Assembly (NCBI RefSeq): GCF_030028105.1
Contig: NC_092375.1
Coordinates: forward strand, 44,801,130-44,865,129
DNA from: Mobula birostris
Taxonomy: Eukaryota
DNA length: 64,000 nt
Direction of reading: 5' to 3'
The notes under the pieces: generated by a model
What the model was told of the DNA's origin: nothing
Seen by the model: the letters and a program-made list of their open reading frames with translations, nothing else
Databases searched by the model: none
Part shown: one piece after another, positions 40,901 to 50,515 of the stretch
How the letters are laid out: each line of letters opens with the position of its first letter
Position numbering within the stretch: position 1 is the stretch's first letter
Made by a program: the position numbers and the translations under genes

Positions 40901-43900
40901 TGCATCAGCAAGGGAGATGAGGCTTAGTACAGGGCTACGGTAGGAAACTTTGTCACATGGTGTGAGCAGAATTATCTGCAGCTTAATGTGAAAAAAACTA
41001 AGGAGCTGGTGGTAGACCTGAGGAGAGCTAAGGTACCGGTGACCCCTGTTTCCAGCCAGGGGGTCAGTGTGAACATGATGGAGGATTACAAATACCTGGG
41101 GATACGAATTGACAATAAACTGGACTGGTCAAAGAACACTGAGGCTGTCTACAAGAAGGGCCAGAGCCGTCTCTATTTCCTGAGGAGACTGAGGTCCTTT
41201 AACATCTGCCGGACGATGCTGAGGATGTTCTACGAGTCTGTGGTGGCCAGAGCTATTATGTTTGCTGTTGTGTGCTGGGGCAGCAGGCTGAGGGTAGCAG
41301 ACACCAACAGAATCAACAAACTCATTCGTAAGGCTAGTGATGTTGTGGGGATGGAACTGGACTCTCTCACAGTGGTGTCTGAAAAGAGGATGCTGTCCAA
41401 GTTGCATGCCATCTTGGTCAATGTCTCCCATCCACTGCATAATGCACTGGTTGGGCACAGGAGTACATTCAGCCAGAGACTCATTCCACCGAGATGCAGC
41501 ACAGAGCGTCATAGGAAGTCATTCCTGCCTGTGGCCATCAAACTTTACAACCCCTCCCTTGGAGGGTCAGACACCCTGAGCCAATAGGCTGGCCCTGGAC
41601 TTATTTCATAATTTACTGGCATAACTTACATATTCCTATGTAACTATTTATGGTTCTTTTACTATTTATTATTTATGAAGCAACTGTAACGAAAACCAAT
41701 TTCCCCTGGGATTAATAAAGTATGACTATGACTATTAGGACAGAGTGGTAAAGCAGAATGGCACAGATGAGAAACGGAAAACGAATGTCGGCATAAAGCA
41801 GAAGCTGGGGCTTGGTGAGATAGGTTACAACAGGAAATCGTAGAATAACAGCAAAAAGCAGAAGCCGAGGGAGAGAGGTTAGAAAACGAACAGAAAAAGA
41901 GAACATAAGGAGGTTAGAAAGAGAACATAAAAGGCTCCAAAAGAAGGTAGAAACCTTCAGAGAAATAGTTACTGATTTACAGGGTTGGAGAGATATGGAC
42001 TTGATTCATATAAACCAATTTCAGTTGAAGTGCGAGAAATTACTTAAAGAAAAAGTGGAAGCAGCTGAACGATGAAGAAAGAAAAAATGGAAACAAGTGG
42101 AAGCAGCTGAACGATGAAGTGGAAGGATTAAGGAAACAGTGTGGTGATTTAAAGACGGCTTTGAATGTGATTCGGAAATCAGCACAGGAAAGAAAGAGTA
42201 ACACTCTCGATCATGCGGTGTTTAAAAGCAGATACAAAATCTACAGGACCAATTTGCTGCACAGTGAGAAACAGTGTGTGCTTTTGATCTGAACGAGGAG
42301 AGGAAGGTATTGATAGCCATGATATATCAGATGAAGCTACTAGGTACGGTCACGAAGCACCATTTCCCGAGGAACTCTCACCGACACACTCCCAACAGGA
42401 GCCGGTACTATTGTCTGCATGAATGGCGCCCCTAGTTACTATCAGAGATGGGACGGGGGGAGTCGGGGAGGAAATCAAAATCAGAACACCATACTGTACA
42501 GGGGTAGCAGCATGTGCAGGTAATTTTTTTATCTAACTGAAATGACGGTGCCCTGAATGGCACCTACAACAAAACAATTATTTACTCACCTTCTTCAGAG
42601 ACAACTAAACAGGGAGTGATTTTAAGCCAGCCAAAAATAGAAGGAAAAGAGGAATATTGGAATAAGTGGGAGCAGGTTATGCCTCAGGGGTAGCAATGGC
42701 CAACACCCTAGGTATAGTAGAATTTTTTAAAAACAGATACAGCCCCTCCAGCAAAAAGCACTGGATATTACTGGAAAACATTATCAAGATCAGGTACAAA
42801 CTGATCAGATTGGTCGAGATGCATCCTTGGTAACTCTGGATGCAGTTAAATTTCTGAAGCCCCTTCAAGACACAACAAATCTGATTATTGACTTCATGTC
42901 TAATGAAAGGCATAAAACTGAGATCTGTGGTACATATGCTAGTTGGTTGCTTACCATGACTGGCACCGATTTATTACAACTTCATGCACATGAAGTACCA
43001 AATTGGGTATCAGATGAGCAGCTAAAAGAATGGATTGGAGAAAGGGCACCATTGTGTCATTTTAGAAGCCTTACAAAAATCAACAGGGTACTGGGTACCT
43101 GTGATAAAGGTAAAGGAAGGTTTTATGTCAGAGCGGTATTCCACATTCCCTGACATGAAAATAATTCAACCTACCCTTTAAAAAGGGTTCACACCATTGG
43201 TAAATACCATGAGAAATCATGGATATCCTTAAGTAACCCACCAACACATGCTATTGTTATGAATGGTACTGGGAAAGGGATAGATTTAATAAGATGCCAT
43301 CAAGGGGGAGGACCATTGGTCTTGTCCAGAAGAAATGACAAAGCAGAAGCTTACAAATTGTGGTTTCAGTACTTATGAAAATTGTTCATTGTCTATTTTG
43401 CTTGTGAATAATCAATCTTACAATATGTATTGTTGGGACAGACATATTATATAGTAACAGCAGTCGCAGGTTATACCAAGGGATGGAAACATGCCCTTTG
43501 GAAAGTCACAATGTCGCCATAGGGAATGTGATGTTAGATCTGGCCTTCGGAGGACCAACTTTGCCTCAGACAGCAGGAGACACAGTAATGACGGAGAATT
43601 TCAAGATCCAACACACTGATACAGATGAATATCTGTGAGACAACATTGTTACAGAGTTGCCACCAATTCCTCACTTAACTGCAGACTGGACATGTGTTGT
43701 GGAAGAGGCAAGGGAGATAATCCATCAATGGACTAACCACATTAAAGAAATTAAAACACCAGCTGTTATTATGAAATATTGAGTGACCCAGGCTTTTGGA
43801 GTAAGCTTTGGAACTGGGGAACAAATGTTCAATTACATCCGTGGGTGAGAATAGTATCACATGCTGCTGTAATACTAATTTTATATAACCTGATACTTGT

Positions 43901-46900
43901 AATGCTTAATGTACACCAACTGAAAAGGTGGAAGCCTGAAACAATGAAAAAAATAGAGGATGATATTTTTATGAAACAGCAGAGACGACTGTCAGTATAA
44001 AGTACGTGAATTTGGTGAGTAAATGTTAGTTTTATTTATAGAATGTAAGGGTTCCATGGCAGTCCTACAGGCAGTCAACTGAATGAGAGGAGGATAATGA
44101 TCCTAGGATAAATATCCTTGGATCAAGAGGAGGGAGATGTTGGCCAGAAGGAACTGCAGTCTACAAATTGGTGGATTTGATGAATCAAGGGCAGGAGAAG
44201 CAAACAAAGTAATTGCCTTTGTTTCCTTCCATTTTGTGGATTCTGAACTGATTCTTGCTCTGGGATAAACCAATCAGAGCAACTGAATGTGGACACAAGG
44301 AGCAGCAGGTAATGACCTGCTAAACCAGAGACCATTCTCAGATGAGTAGCTATATATTATGTAAAATACCAGACCTACCAAAGAAGCAATCTGTAATCTT
44401 GTTAGACTCTGTCTGGGCTGCCTTGTTTAACCGGTTTAAACCAGTCAGAGCTGGAACACACAAGGCTGGGGTGGGGGGGCGGTGGCAGTGAGGGAGGTAG
44501 GGCAGGGGCAGAATCATGAGACAATGTTGGACTAGAAACAGTAAGAAGGTGTCCCAGGTAGGTGAGGTGACCTTGAGCCAATGGGAAGGAGATCCACCAG
44601 TTCAACTGATGAGGAACACTCTAAGGGTCAGGAGCTCTGAATGCAAAGAGCCGATAACTCTCCAGCAACCAAAGACCAACCATCATGGATAAGGAGGACT
44701 GCATGGACACATGGAGATCGGGACCATGAGGAACGCCTGGTCAACATAGACTCCTTTCCTGGGTAATATCTTTTCTCTTCATTGACTGTTATTAGGGGGT
44801 CAAGGATTCCAGTGGGGTGCACACAGGTAGTTAGTGTGTGAACTCAGGTGCATTTTATTTGAGACAATAAAAGTTACTTGGTCTGTGCATCAGATTATTA
44901 TTACAAGAGGTGATTCTTGTAACAACTCTTTGAAGGTAAAAGTACGATCAGGCAGCGTTAATGTAAATCACGAAAAGGTAAATAATTTTCAACAATCAGT
45001 TAACAAATAATCTGAGGTTGCATTTAATGGAATAGCTTAGACTTTCAGAAAGCCTTCCAAAGGATATCACTCAAGAGATTATTTAACAAAATGAAAGTAC
45101 ATTAGATTAGTATTAATGAACTAGCACAGTCTGAAGATTGGTCAGTATAACTGAAGTCCCAGTTGGTCACAATCTATATCAATAACTTCAATGATTCTTT
45201 TTAGTGTAATGCATGCAGATTTACTGACAAAAATCAATGTGGATCTGAAGGATCTTGACAGGCTATGTGAATGGGTGACTAGATAACAGAATCAGAATCA
45301 GGTTTATTATCACCAGCATGTGTCACAAAATTTGTTAACTTAGCAGCAGCAGTTCAATACAATACATAATACAGAAGAAAAATAAATAAATAAAAGTATA
45401 TGTATATTGAATAGATTAAAAATTGTGCAAAAACCAAAATAATATATATTTAAAAAGTGAGGTAGTGTTCACAGGTTCAATGTCCATTTAGGAATTGGAT
45501 GACAGAGGGGAAGAAGCTATTCCTGAATCGCTGAGTGTGTACCTTCAGGCTTCTGTGTCTCCTACCTGATGGTAACAGTGAGAATAGGGCATGCCCAGGG
45601 TGCTGGGGGTCCTTAATAATGGACGCTGCCTTTCTGAGACACCGTTCCTTGAAGATATCCTGGGTACTTTGTGAGCTCGTACCAAGGACGTAGCCCACTA
45701 AATTTATGACTCTCTGCAGCTTCTTTCGGTCCTGTGCAGTAGCGCCCCATTCCACCCCGCCCCCACCCCATCCATACCAGACAGGATGTAGCCTGTCAGA
45801 ATACTCTCCACTGTACATCTATAGAAGCTTTTGGGTGTTTTTGTTGACATACCAAATCTCTTCAAACTCCTAACGAAGTATAGTCACTGTCTTGCCTTCT
45901 TTATCACTGCATTGATATTTTGGGAACAGGTTATATCCTCAGAGATCTTGACACCCAGGAAATTGGAGCTGCTCACTCTCTCCACTTCTGATTCCTTATT
46001 GAGGATTAGTGTGTGTTCCTTCATCTTACCCTTCCTGAAGTCCACAATCAGCTCTTTCGTCTTACTGACATTGAGTGCAAGGTTATTGCTGCAATACGAT
46101 TCCACTAGTTGGTATATCTCACTCCTGTACGCCCTCTTGTCTCCATCTGAGATTCTACCAGCAATGGTTGTATCATTAGCAAGTTTACAGATGGTATTTG
46201 AGTTATGCCTAGCCACACAGTCATGGGTATACAGACAGTAGAGCAGTGGGCTAAGTACACAGTCCTGAGGTGCCCCAATGTTGATCGTCAGTGAGGAGGA
46301 CATATTATCGCCAATCCGCATAGATTGTGGTCTCCCGGTTAGGAAGTTGAGGATCCAATTGCAGAGGGAGGTACAGAGGTCCAGGTTCTGTAACTTATCA
46401 ATCAGAATTGTGGGAACTATGGTGTTAAAAGCCAAGCTATAGTCGATGAACAGCATCCTGACATAGGTGTTTGTATTGTCCAGATCGTCTAAGGCCCTGT
46501 GAAGAGCCATTGAGATTGTGCCTGCCGTTGACCAATTGTGGTGATAGTCAAATTGCAGTGGGTCCAGGTCCTTGCTGAGGCAGGAGTTCAGTCTAGTCAT
46601 GACCAACCTCTTAAAGCATTTCATCACTGTCGATGTGAGTGCTATACAGATGGAACACAATGCAGAAAAATGTGAAAGAATTTGCTTTGGTAAAACAAAT
46701 GAAGGAAATTAGTACTCTTAAAATCAATTTAGACAGCCCTCAGGTTTGATTATTATTTCATTTCACTGCATTTATGGGAAATAAATTTAATATGGAGTAG
46801 CCATCACACATGAGACACCGCAGGGTCTTGACAGGGTAGAGTCTTTTCTATTTAGTAGGATTTCACTATAACACATTTAGCTAAGGAAGCACAATTATAT

Positions 46901-49900
46901 TTCATTGCTGAAAGGATAACGGTAGTAAGGTTTGGTTCCCTAATGAAAACCTTTATCAGAGACAATATACTGTATATTTTTATATAATAAAATATGCATT
47001 GACAGAAGTAACTTTGCAGATACCATTTACTAAACAAATATTGCTACCACTATGTTTTAGTTGAATTGCCAGGTGCACTGGAAGGAAAAAAATATTAAAA
47101 TAATATTACTGGGAAAAGAATGACCAGTGAAGTCATTGGGCCCATTAGAGAAAACAGGGGCAATCTGTACACGAGGACAGAAGATATAGGTGAGATCCTG
47201 AATCAATATTTTTCAACTGTATTCACAAAGGAAATAGTTGGAGAATTCGGTGAAGGGATAGGTGAGAACATAGTGCAGATTTTCATAAATAGACAAGATG
47301 TTCTTAATGCCTTTGCAGACTTAAAGATGGATGACCTTGAAAACATTTTGAAGGACACCTTCAAAAGGCAATGACTCAAAAAAGCGGCATCCATCTTTAA
47401 AGACCTCCATCACCCTGGACATAACCTCTTCTCATTGCTACCATGAAAGAGAAGGTACAAGAGCCTGAAGATGCAAATTCAACATTTCAGGAACAGCATC
47501 TTCCCCTTCACCATCAGACTTCTGAATGGACAATGAACCCATGATTACTACCTCAGTATTTTCCCTCTTTTTCTGCACTACTTATTTAATTTAATTATAT
47601 ATATATACTTACTGTAATTTATAGCTTTCATTATTATGTATTGCAAAGTACCGCTGCCGCAAAACAACAAATTTCACAACTTATGCGAATGATATTAAAC
47701 CTGATTCTGATTGTGATAAATCCCTAGAACCATCTCGCGTCTTTTCCTCTGACCACCTAGCGTTCTGCTGATAGAGCTCAGAGTAGAACACCTCTTTCAC
47801 AAATTGACTATACAAATGCTATTGTGTAGTAATCAGAACTAATTGGGGTACTTTAATCACAGTTATAAGGATGTTGATATTTGTTTGCTTACCCTACCAC
47901 TGGAGGATTTTACACAGGCATCATTACTAATATCACCCGCCCCCCCCCCCCACTCCTGTGTTTTGATGCACCCACTCTATGTGGTCCATGTCAAAAAAGG
48001 ATTGAGGAGGGCAATAGTCATTACTGCCTGATAGACCATGAAACTTGTTTAGGGTTAAAGGTCCTGATCTTCAAACATTGTCTTCCTCAGATAGCCAGAC
48101 GCTGTGTTGACACACCAGAAGCAACGCAGCATTATCAGCAAATTTCATCATTAATGTGTGCTTTTGTTGAGAGCTGTCTCTCAAGATAAAGTGTGCATTT
48201 TCCACACTTTCCAGGATTTGTTGCAAATCTTTACTGTTGGAGGACAGAGCTGTACTTTGGGGTAGGTTGGTACAGCATCAAGATTTTTCAGATATTAAAG
48301 AGATTTCTCAGGCTTAGTAAACAAGACTTGAATATCCAAGCAGAGCGTGCACACTGTGACTCAAGCAACACACGCAAAATGCTGGTGGAACACAGCAGGC
48401 CAGGCAGCATCTATAGGAAGAAATACAGTCAACTCAAAGTTGGAGCACTGGCAATCAAGGATCAATGTCTTTTTATTCCATGGATTTACTCTGCTCCAAT
48501 GGGAAGTTAGCTGAAGGTTAGGTTCAATAGCAATGCCATGAGAACGACTACAAAATACTGGGCCAATGACAAAACTTGCTGACCAAGAACCTGCACTGAG
48601 ATTACATCTGCTATAATGCATTGCTTAAATTCACAGCTTGAAATGCCATCGAGAAGCAGATGCTACATGGAGGTAAATAGATGTAAGCATTCAATCGGAG
48701 AAGAAAATTCCACAAGGAAGCAGTCTTTATCATAAGAACACAAAGATGAAGACATCATACTGCAATATAATGTCGCTGAATATTATGAAATAGTCTGTTC
48801 TACCCAAAGGAAAAATACAATAACGATAGAGCAAGTACAACAATGTTTCAGCAGAATGGGACAAAGCACAAGAGACTACAAATGTTGGAAACTAGAGCAG
48901 AGTCCTGCTGGAGGGTCTTCACCCAAAAATGTTGACCATCCCTCAGGTGCTGCCTGATCTGCTGATTTCAATCAGATCAGGAGGGATGCTCTGTTAGATG
49001 CAATTTTGCAGACTGGGCCTATAGGCTCTTGAGTTTAAAATAATGGGAGACAATCTTGTTAAAAAGTATATTCAGGGGTTGTCAGATGACATACAGGGAT
49101 AATGTTTTCCTTGGGTCTGTTGTCTACAACCAGGAGTCACTGTCACAAAATATAGGCCCCGCCATTCAGGACTGAGAGGGAAAAAAAAACCCTTCACTAG
49201 GGTAGTGAATCATTTCAATCCTCTGAGCCTGTGGCGGCTCAGTCAAAAGTCTATTCAAAACCAAAGATCAATAGATTTTTGGACATTAAGAGAATCGATG
49301 GATTAGTGCAGCGAGGAGGCACTTAAGTAAAAGGTTAGCCGTAATGTTACTGAATAGAGGAGCCAGAATGAGGAGCCAAATAACTTCTATTTCTAATTAA
49401 ATGATTTAAATTCATGAGACCTAATCCATAAATAATTACTGTTAGATCTTTGACTGCATACCTAGATGTCATGGATGTAGATAACAAACATTTTCAAAAC
49501 CATTTCATTCAAAATGATCTGTTGCAGTGATTAGAGTAGCTGTTGTGAATTAACAGACATACTGATCACTGTAGGGAAAATATTGTTTTGCCAGGTTAAA
49601 GGAAGACTAAAATTTATCCAAGTCTACACAACCACAATAACATTGTGAATTTTGGATCAGATTGGCAAGCCTGAGAGAGCCACACTAATTTTTCAGAGCA
49701 CTAGTGTGAAATTCAGAACAAGATTTAGAACTGCATTTCTAAAGAAATTCTGACTAACTGCTGGGTCTTTTACCATGTTTCTCTGTCGGTTGTTGTTGTC
49801 ACACTTGCTAAATTGTTTCCACAATTTTCAGGTTTTATTTGCAATAGCAAATGTTTAATAACATAGCGCCTGGGATACATGGTCACTGTCACCTATCACA

Positions 49901-50515
49901 TATTTTGTTCTGGGAAGCTCGTTTGAATGAAGTGGGATAATTCAAACGACTGCTGCCAGTGTAACTCCGAGGGAAGAGTGCCCATGCTACAGCACATAAT
50001 TAAAGACTGGCACTGCAGTGTTAACTGCAATTCTACTTTCTCAGAAACGTGTGAAAGAGCACAAGGTACTGCATCACAGAACATTTCCAAAAGTGACGAG
50101 GCCTATATTTATATCTCAATTATTTTTGCTGAAACATTACATAAAGTACAATTGTGCCTTGAAGTAGTTCATGCAGTGTAAATACCGAAACATGAAAGGC
50201 ATTATGCAAATCCAAGCCCGTCTTTCTCTGAATGTTAACAATTACCATGATAAGAAGATTTTACTTTTTTTTTGCAACTGCTCTCTGATTTAGAATCGTT
50301 AATTGAACACTTCCAAAAAGGTGCGGCTTTCAGCGTCGTCATTTTCAGGCAAAGCTGAATCTCGGTGTGACATTTGGCCATATGGAAAACAGGATCACCA
50401 AATCCACACGGCAAATAAGTTACAACTAGAGAGCTCACTACTCACCAAATCGGAGAATCAAATAAAACAAAAGGAATGCTCCAATCTTCACAAATGTCAG
50501 TCGGGGCTGCTCCAT
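4500..50515 (-). CDS. igsf3-like: EWI-family Ig-superfamily membrane protein (IGSF3-like / CD101-like); 8 coding exons in window, 3' end missing
   Basis: Exons 50446-50515, 20513-20890, 15691-16098, 12873-13253, 10304-10708, 8347-8748, 5598-6008 and 4500-4913 all have GT..AG boundaries with phase-1 introns and join into 2869 nt of open frame. They encode a signal peptide plus seven V-set domains with paired Cys and the EWI motif (EWIQDPD). IGSF3 versus CD101 orthology cannot be settled by eye. Confidence 0.9.
5598..6008 (-). CDS. igsf3-like: Ig V-set domain 6 exon
   Basis: Acceptor TTTTTGTAG|, donor |GTAAGC, 411 nt. [32 protein letters not shown]. Confidence 0.92.
6306..7890 (+). mobile_element. 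L1/Tx1-clade LINE, 5'-truncated ORF2 C-terminus and 3' UTR
   Basis: [57 protein letters not shown] spread over ORFs 6378-7588; AATAAA plus A-rich tail at 7866-7892. Confidence 0.85.
7985..8225 (+). mobile_element. Internally deleted RTE-like retroposon fragment
   Basis: 3' part reads [22 protein letters not shown], typical of RTE ORF C-termini. Confidence 0.5.
8347..8748 (-). CDS. igsf3-like: Ig V-set domain 5 exon
   Basis: Acceptor GTTTACAG|, donor |GTAAGG, 402 nt. [46 protein letters not shown]. Confidence 0.92.
9042..9400 (-). mobile_element. PLE terminal-repeat fragment(s), degenerate hammerhead
   Basis: gaggaattctgcagatgctgg..caacacacatcaaag..gtttcgggccgagaccct block, interrupted by about 150 nt of unrelated sequence. 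Confidence 0.65.
10304..10708 (-). CDS. igsf3-like: Ig V-set domain 4 exon
   Basis: Acceptor CTTTCACAG|, donor |GTAAGC, 405 nt. [29 protein letters not shown]. Confidence 0.92.
10960..11358 (+). mobile_element. LINE 3' end with (GAATT)n tail
   Basis: [30 protein letters not shown]-type C-terminus, AATAAA, then GAATT repeats. Confidence 0.7.
11947..12200. mobile_element. Fold-back (inverted-repeat) PLE-derived mini-element no. 1
   Basis: About 11977-12083 is inverted relative to 12103-12200. Flanked by ACATCATGAGGGAT (11933-11946) and ACATCATGAAGGAT (12201-12214). Confidence 0.85.
12046..12083 (-). ncRNA. Minimal type I hammerhead ribozyme motif (intact core)
   Basis: Minus strand TAGTC-CTGACGA-AGG(GTCTCGG)CCT-GAAA-CG-TC/GACTG: stem I, CUGANGA, stem II, GAAA, palindromic ACGU in place of stem III, GUC cleavage triplet. 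Activity untested. Confidence 0.75.
12873..13253 (-). CDS. igsf3-like: Ig V-set domain 3 exon
   Basis: Acceptor CCTTGCAG|, donor |GTATGA, 381 nt. [33 protein letters not shown]. Confidence 0.92.
15691..16098 (-). CDS. igsf3-like: Ig V-set domain 2 exon (contains EWI motif)
   Basis: Acceptor TTTTATAG|, donor |GTAAGG, 408 nt. [41 protein letters not shown]. Confidence 0.93.
16304..16345. repeat. (GATGATGGGA)n short tandem repeat, about 4 copies
   Basis: Seen directly. Confidence 0.8.
16640..17215 (-). mobile_element. Old PLE 3' remnant
   Basis: Diverged terminal-repeat block at 16650-16760, purine-rich UTR, and 'atgccatttagatgtagactacc' matching the PLE ORF end at 30312-30340. Confidence 0.55.
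17310..17391. mobile_element. 82-bp hAT-type MITE
   Basis: TIRs CAGGATTTCCCAACC / GGCTGGGAACCCCTG; 8-bp flanks ATATAGAT / ATGTAGAA (6 of 8 match). Confidence 0.6.
17420..18160 (+). mobile_element. Old CR1-type LINE RT fragments
   Basis: Degenerate 'SEWRDVxNGSPQxSELEPLFLLVSIxDL' near 17780-17860. Confidence 0.5.
18195..18515 (+). mobile_element. LINE 3' end with (ATTCTG)-type tail
   Basis: [24 protein letters not shown]..[18 protein letters not shown]; ends taaacctgattttgattctg. Confidence 0.75.
19000..19830 (-). mobile_element. Internally deleted PLE (terminal repeat plus RT N-terminal remnant)
   Basis: Hammerhead-type block at 19101-19138 (G12 mutated). Minus strand near 19530-19560 reads [10 protein letters not shown], resembling the PLE RT motif FYLLPKIHKP. 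Confidence 0.7.
20513..20890 (-). CDS. igsf3-like: Ig V-set domain 1 exon
   Basis: Acceptor TTGGTACAG|, donor |GTGAGT, 378 nt. [41 protein letters not shown] matches the N-terminal domain of IGSF3/CD101/IGSF8. Confidence 0.93.
21190..21495. mobile_element. Two adjacent PLE terminal-repeat fragments, including a fold-back lacking the ribozyme core
   Basis: Degenerate plus-strand motif CAGTCCTGATGAAGGGTCTCAACCCAAAATGTCAACTG (21192-21229); about 21283-21380 is inverted relative to 21390-21490. Confidence 0.7.
21581..21830. mobile_element. Fold-back PLE-derived mini-element no. 2
   Basis: Inverted arms meet at GTC-AG-GAC near 21733-21741. Flanked by a perfect 17-bp direct repeat CAAAGATTAACTTAAAC (21564-21580, 21831-21847). 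Confidence 0.87.
21674..21741 (-). ncRNA. Two tandem minimal hammerhead cores
   Basis: Minus strand GTC-CTGACGA-AGGGTCTCGGTCT-GAAACGTC-T-GTC-CTGACGA-GGGGTCTCGGCCT-GAAACGTC-GACTG. Confidence 0.65.
23255..23945 (-). mobile_element. PLE 3' remnant (GIY-YIG C-terminus plus terminal repeat)
   Basis: Collinear with 29850-30550; hammerhead block degenerate near 23350-23390. Confidence 0.75.
26343..26896 (+). mobile_element. Tc1/mariner non-autonomous derivative
   Basis: TIR (TA)CACTCAGTGGCCACTTTATTAGGTAC-like at about 26344 and 26837, inverted at about 26867-26895. Internal [17 protein letters not shown] resembles a Tc1 transposase N-terminus. Confidence 0.75.
27040..27376 (-). mobile_element. Unclassified non-autonomous retroposon
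   Basis: Recognised only as a recurrent chondrichthyan-type repeat; no coding signature seen. Confidence 0.35.
28938..29159 (+). mobile_element. tRNA-derived SINE
   Basis: A box TGGCCAAGTGG, B box GTTCGAGCC; second copy inverted at 57499-57728. Confidence 0.8.
29840..30860 (-). mobile_element. Penelope-like element (Neptune-type), GIY-YIG endonuclease C-terminus plus terminal repeat
   Basis: [48 protein letters not shown] (Cys knuckle followed by GIY-YIG). Degenerate hammerhead at 29932-29968. Confidence 0.88.
31085..32640 (+). mobile_element. Decayed Rex1/Babar-type LINE ORF2
   Basis: [52 protein letters not shown]; many frameshifts. Confidence 0.85.
32780..33570 (-). mobile_element. R4/Dong-like (R2-group) non-LTR retrotransposon remnant: Zn knuckle plus REL endonuclease
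   Basis: Minus strand: [11 protein letters not shown]; [27 protein letters not shown]; YKPDPDLE; [21 protein letters not shown]. Contains stops and frameshifts. Confidence 0.75.
33930..35250 (-). mobile_element. Decayed Rex1/Babar-type LINE
   Basis: [34 protein letters not shown]; ATTCTG-type tail at about 33935. Confidence 0.85.
37696..38476 (+). repeat. 5' LTR
   Basis: Aligns by eye to 44138-44924 and more distantly to 58975-59781. Confidence 0.85.
38826..40324 (-). mobile_element. PLE inserted into the ERV gag, with inverted terminal repeats
   Basis: GIY-YIG remnant ([24 protein letters not shown]) at 39158-39430. About 38826-39175 is inverted relative to 39849-40322. Flanks GTGGCAGTTTGCTG (38812-38825) / GTAGCAGTTGGCTG (40325-40338). 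Confidence 0.85.
40361..41735 (+). mobile_element. Young 5'-truncated Rex1/Babar-type LINE (RT domain nearly intact)
   Basis: [52 protein letters not shown]. One TAG at 40925-40927, frame continues to 41587. AATAAA plus (ATGACT)n tail; TAGGA on both flanks. Confidence 0.92.
42600..44000 (+). pseudogene. env: env pseudogene, class I fusion protein with Mononegavirales-F-like layout
   Basis: RRKR (42639-42650) then [23 protein letters not shown]; heptad-like [39 protein letters not shown]; C-x8-C-x11-C-x7-C (43295-43385, one 1-nt frameshift); FWSKLWNWG; TM-like [21 protein letters not shown]. Confidence 0.75.
44138..44924 (+). repeat. 3' LTR
   Basis: Preceded by a PPT (44123-44137); ends TGTAACA. 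Confidence 0.85.
45290..46650 (-). mobile_element. Rex1/Babar-type LINE, decayed
   Basis: [55 protein letters not shown]; ATTCTG tail at about 45290. Confidence 0.88.
47100..47712 (+). mobile_element. CR1 tether fragment followed by a LINE 3' end
   Basis: [27 protein letters not shown]; then [19 protein letters not shown]; tail taaacctgattctgatt. Confidence 0.7.
50446..50515 (-). CDS. igsf3-like: Coding exon 1: signal peptide [23 protein letters not shown]
   Basis: ATG at 50515 in good Kozak context (GCGATGG), 23 codons plus 1 nt, donor G|GTGAGT. Splices in frame to give ...[19 protein letters not shown]. Too short for the ORF track. Confidence 0.8.

Larger units (their letters stand above)
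37696..44924 (+). mobile_element. Decayed LTR element / endogenous retrovirus: LTR-PBS-partial gag-env-PPT-LTR, no pol seen, two nested insertions
   Basis: Direct repeats 37696-38476 and 44138-44924, both TGTTGG...AACA with a CCAAT box and AATAAA. PBS-like TGGCGTCCCTG at 38483; polypurine CAAGAGGAGGGAGA before the 3' LTR; flanks GCTC/ACTC. Confidence 0.85.
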
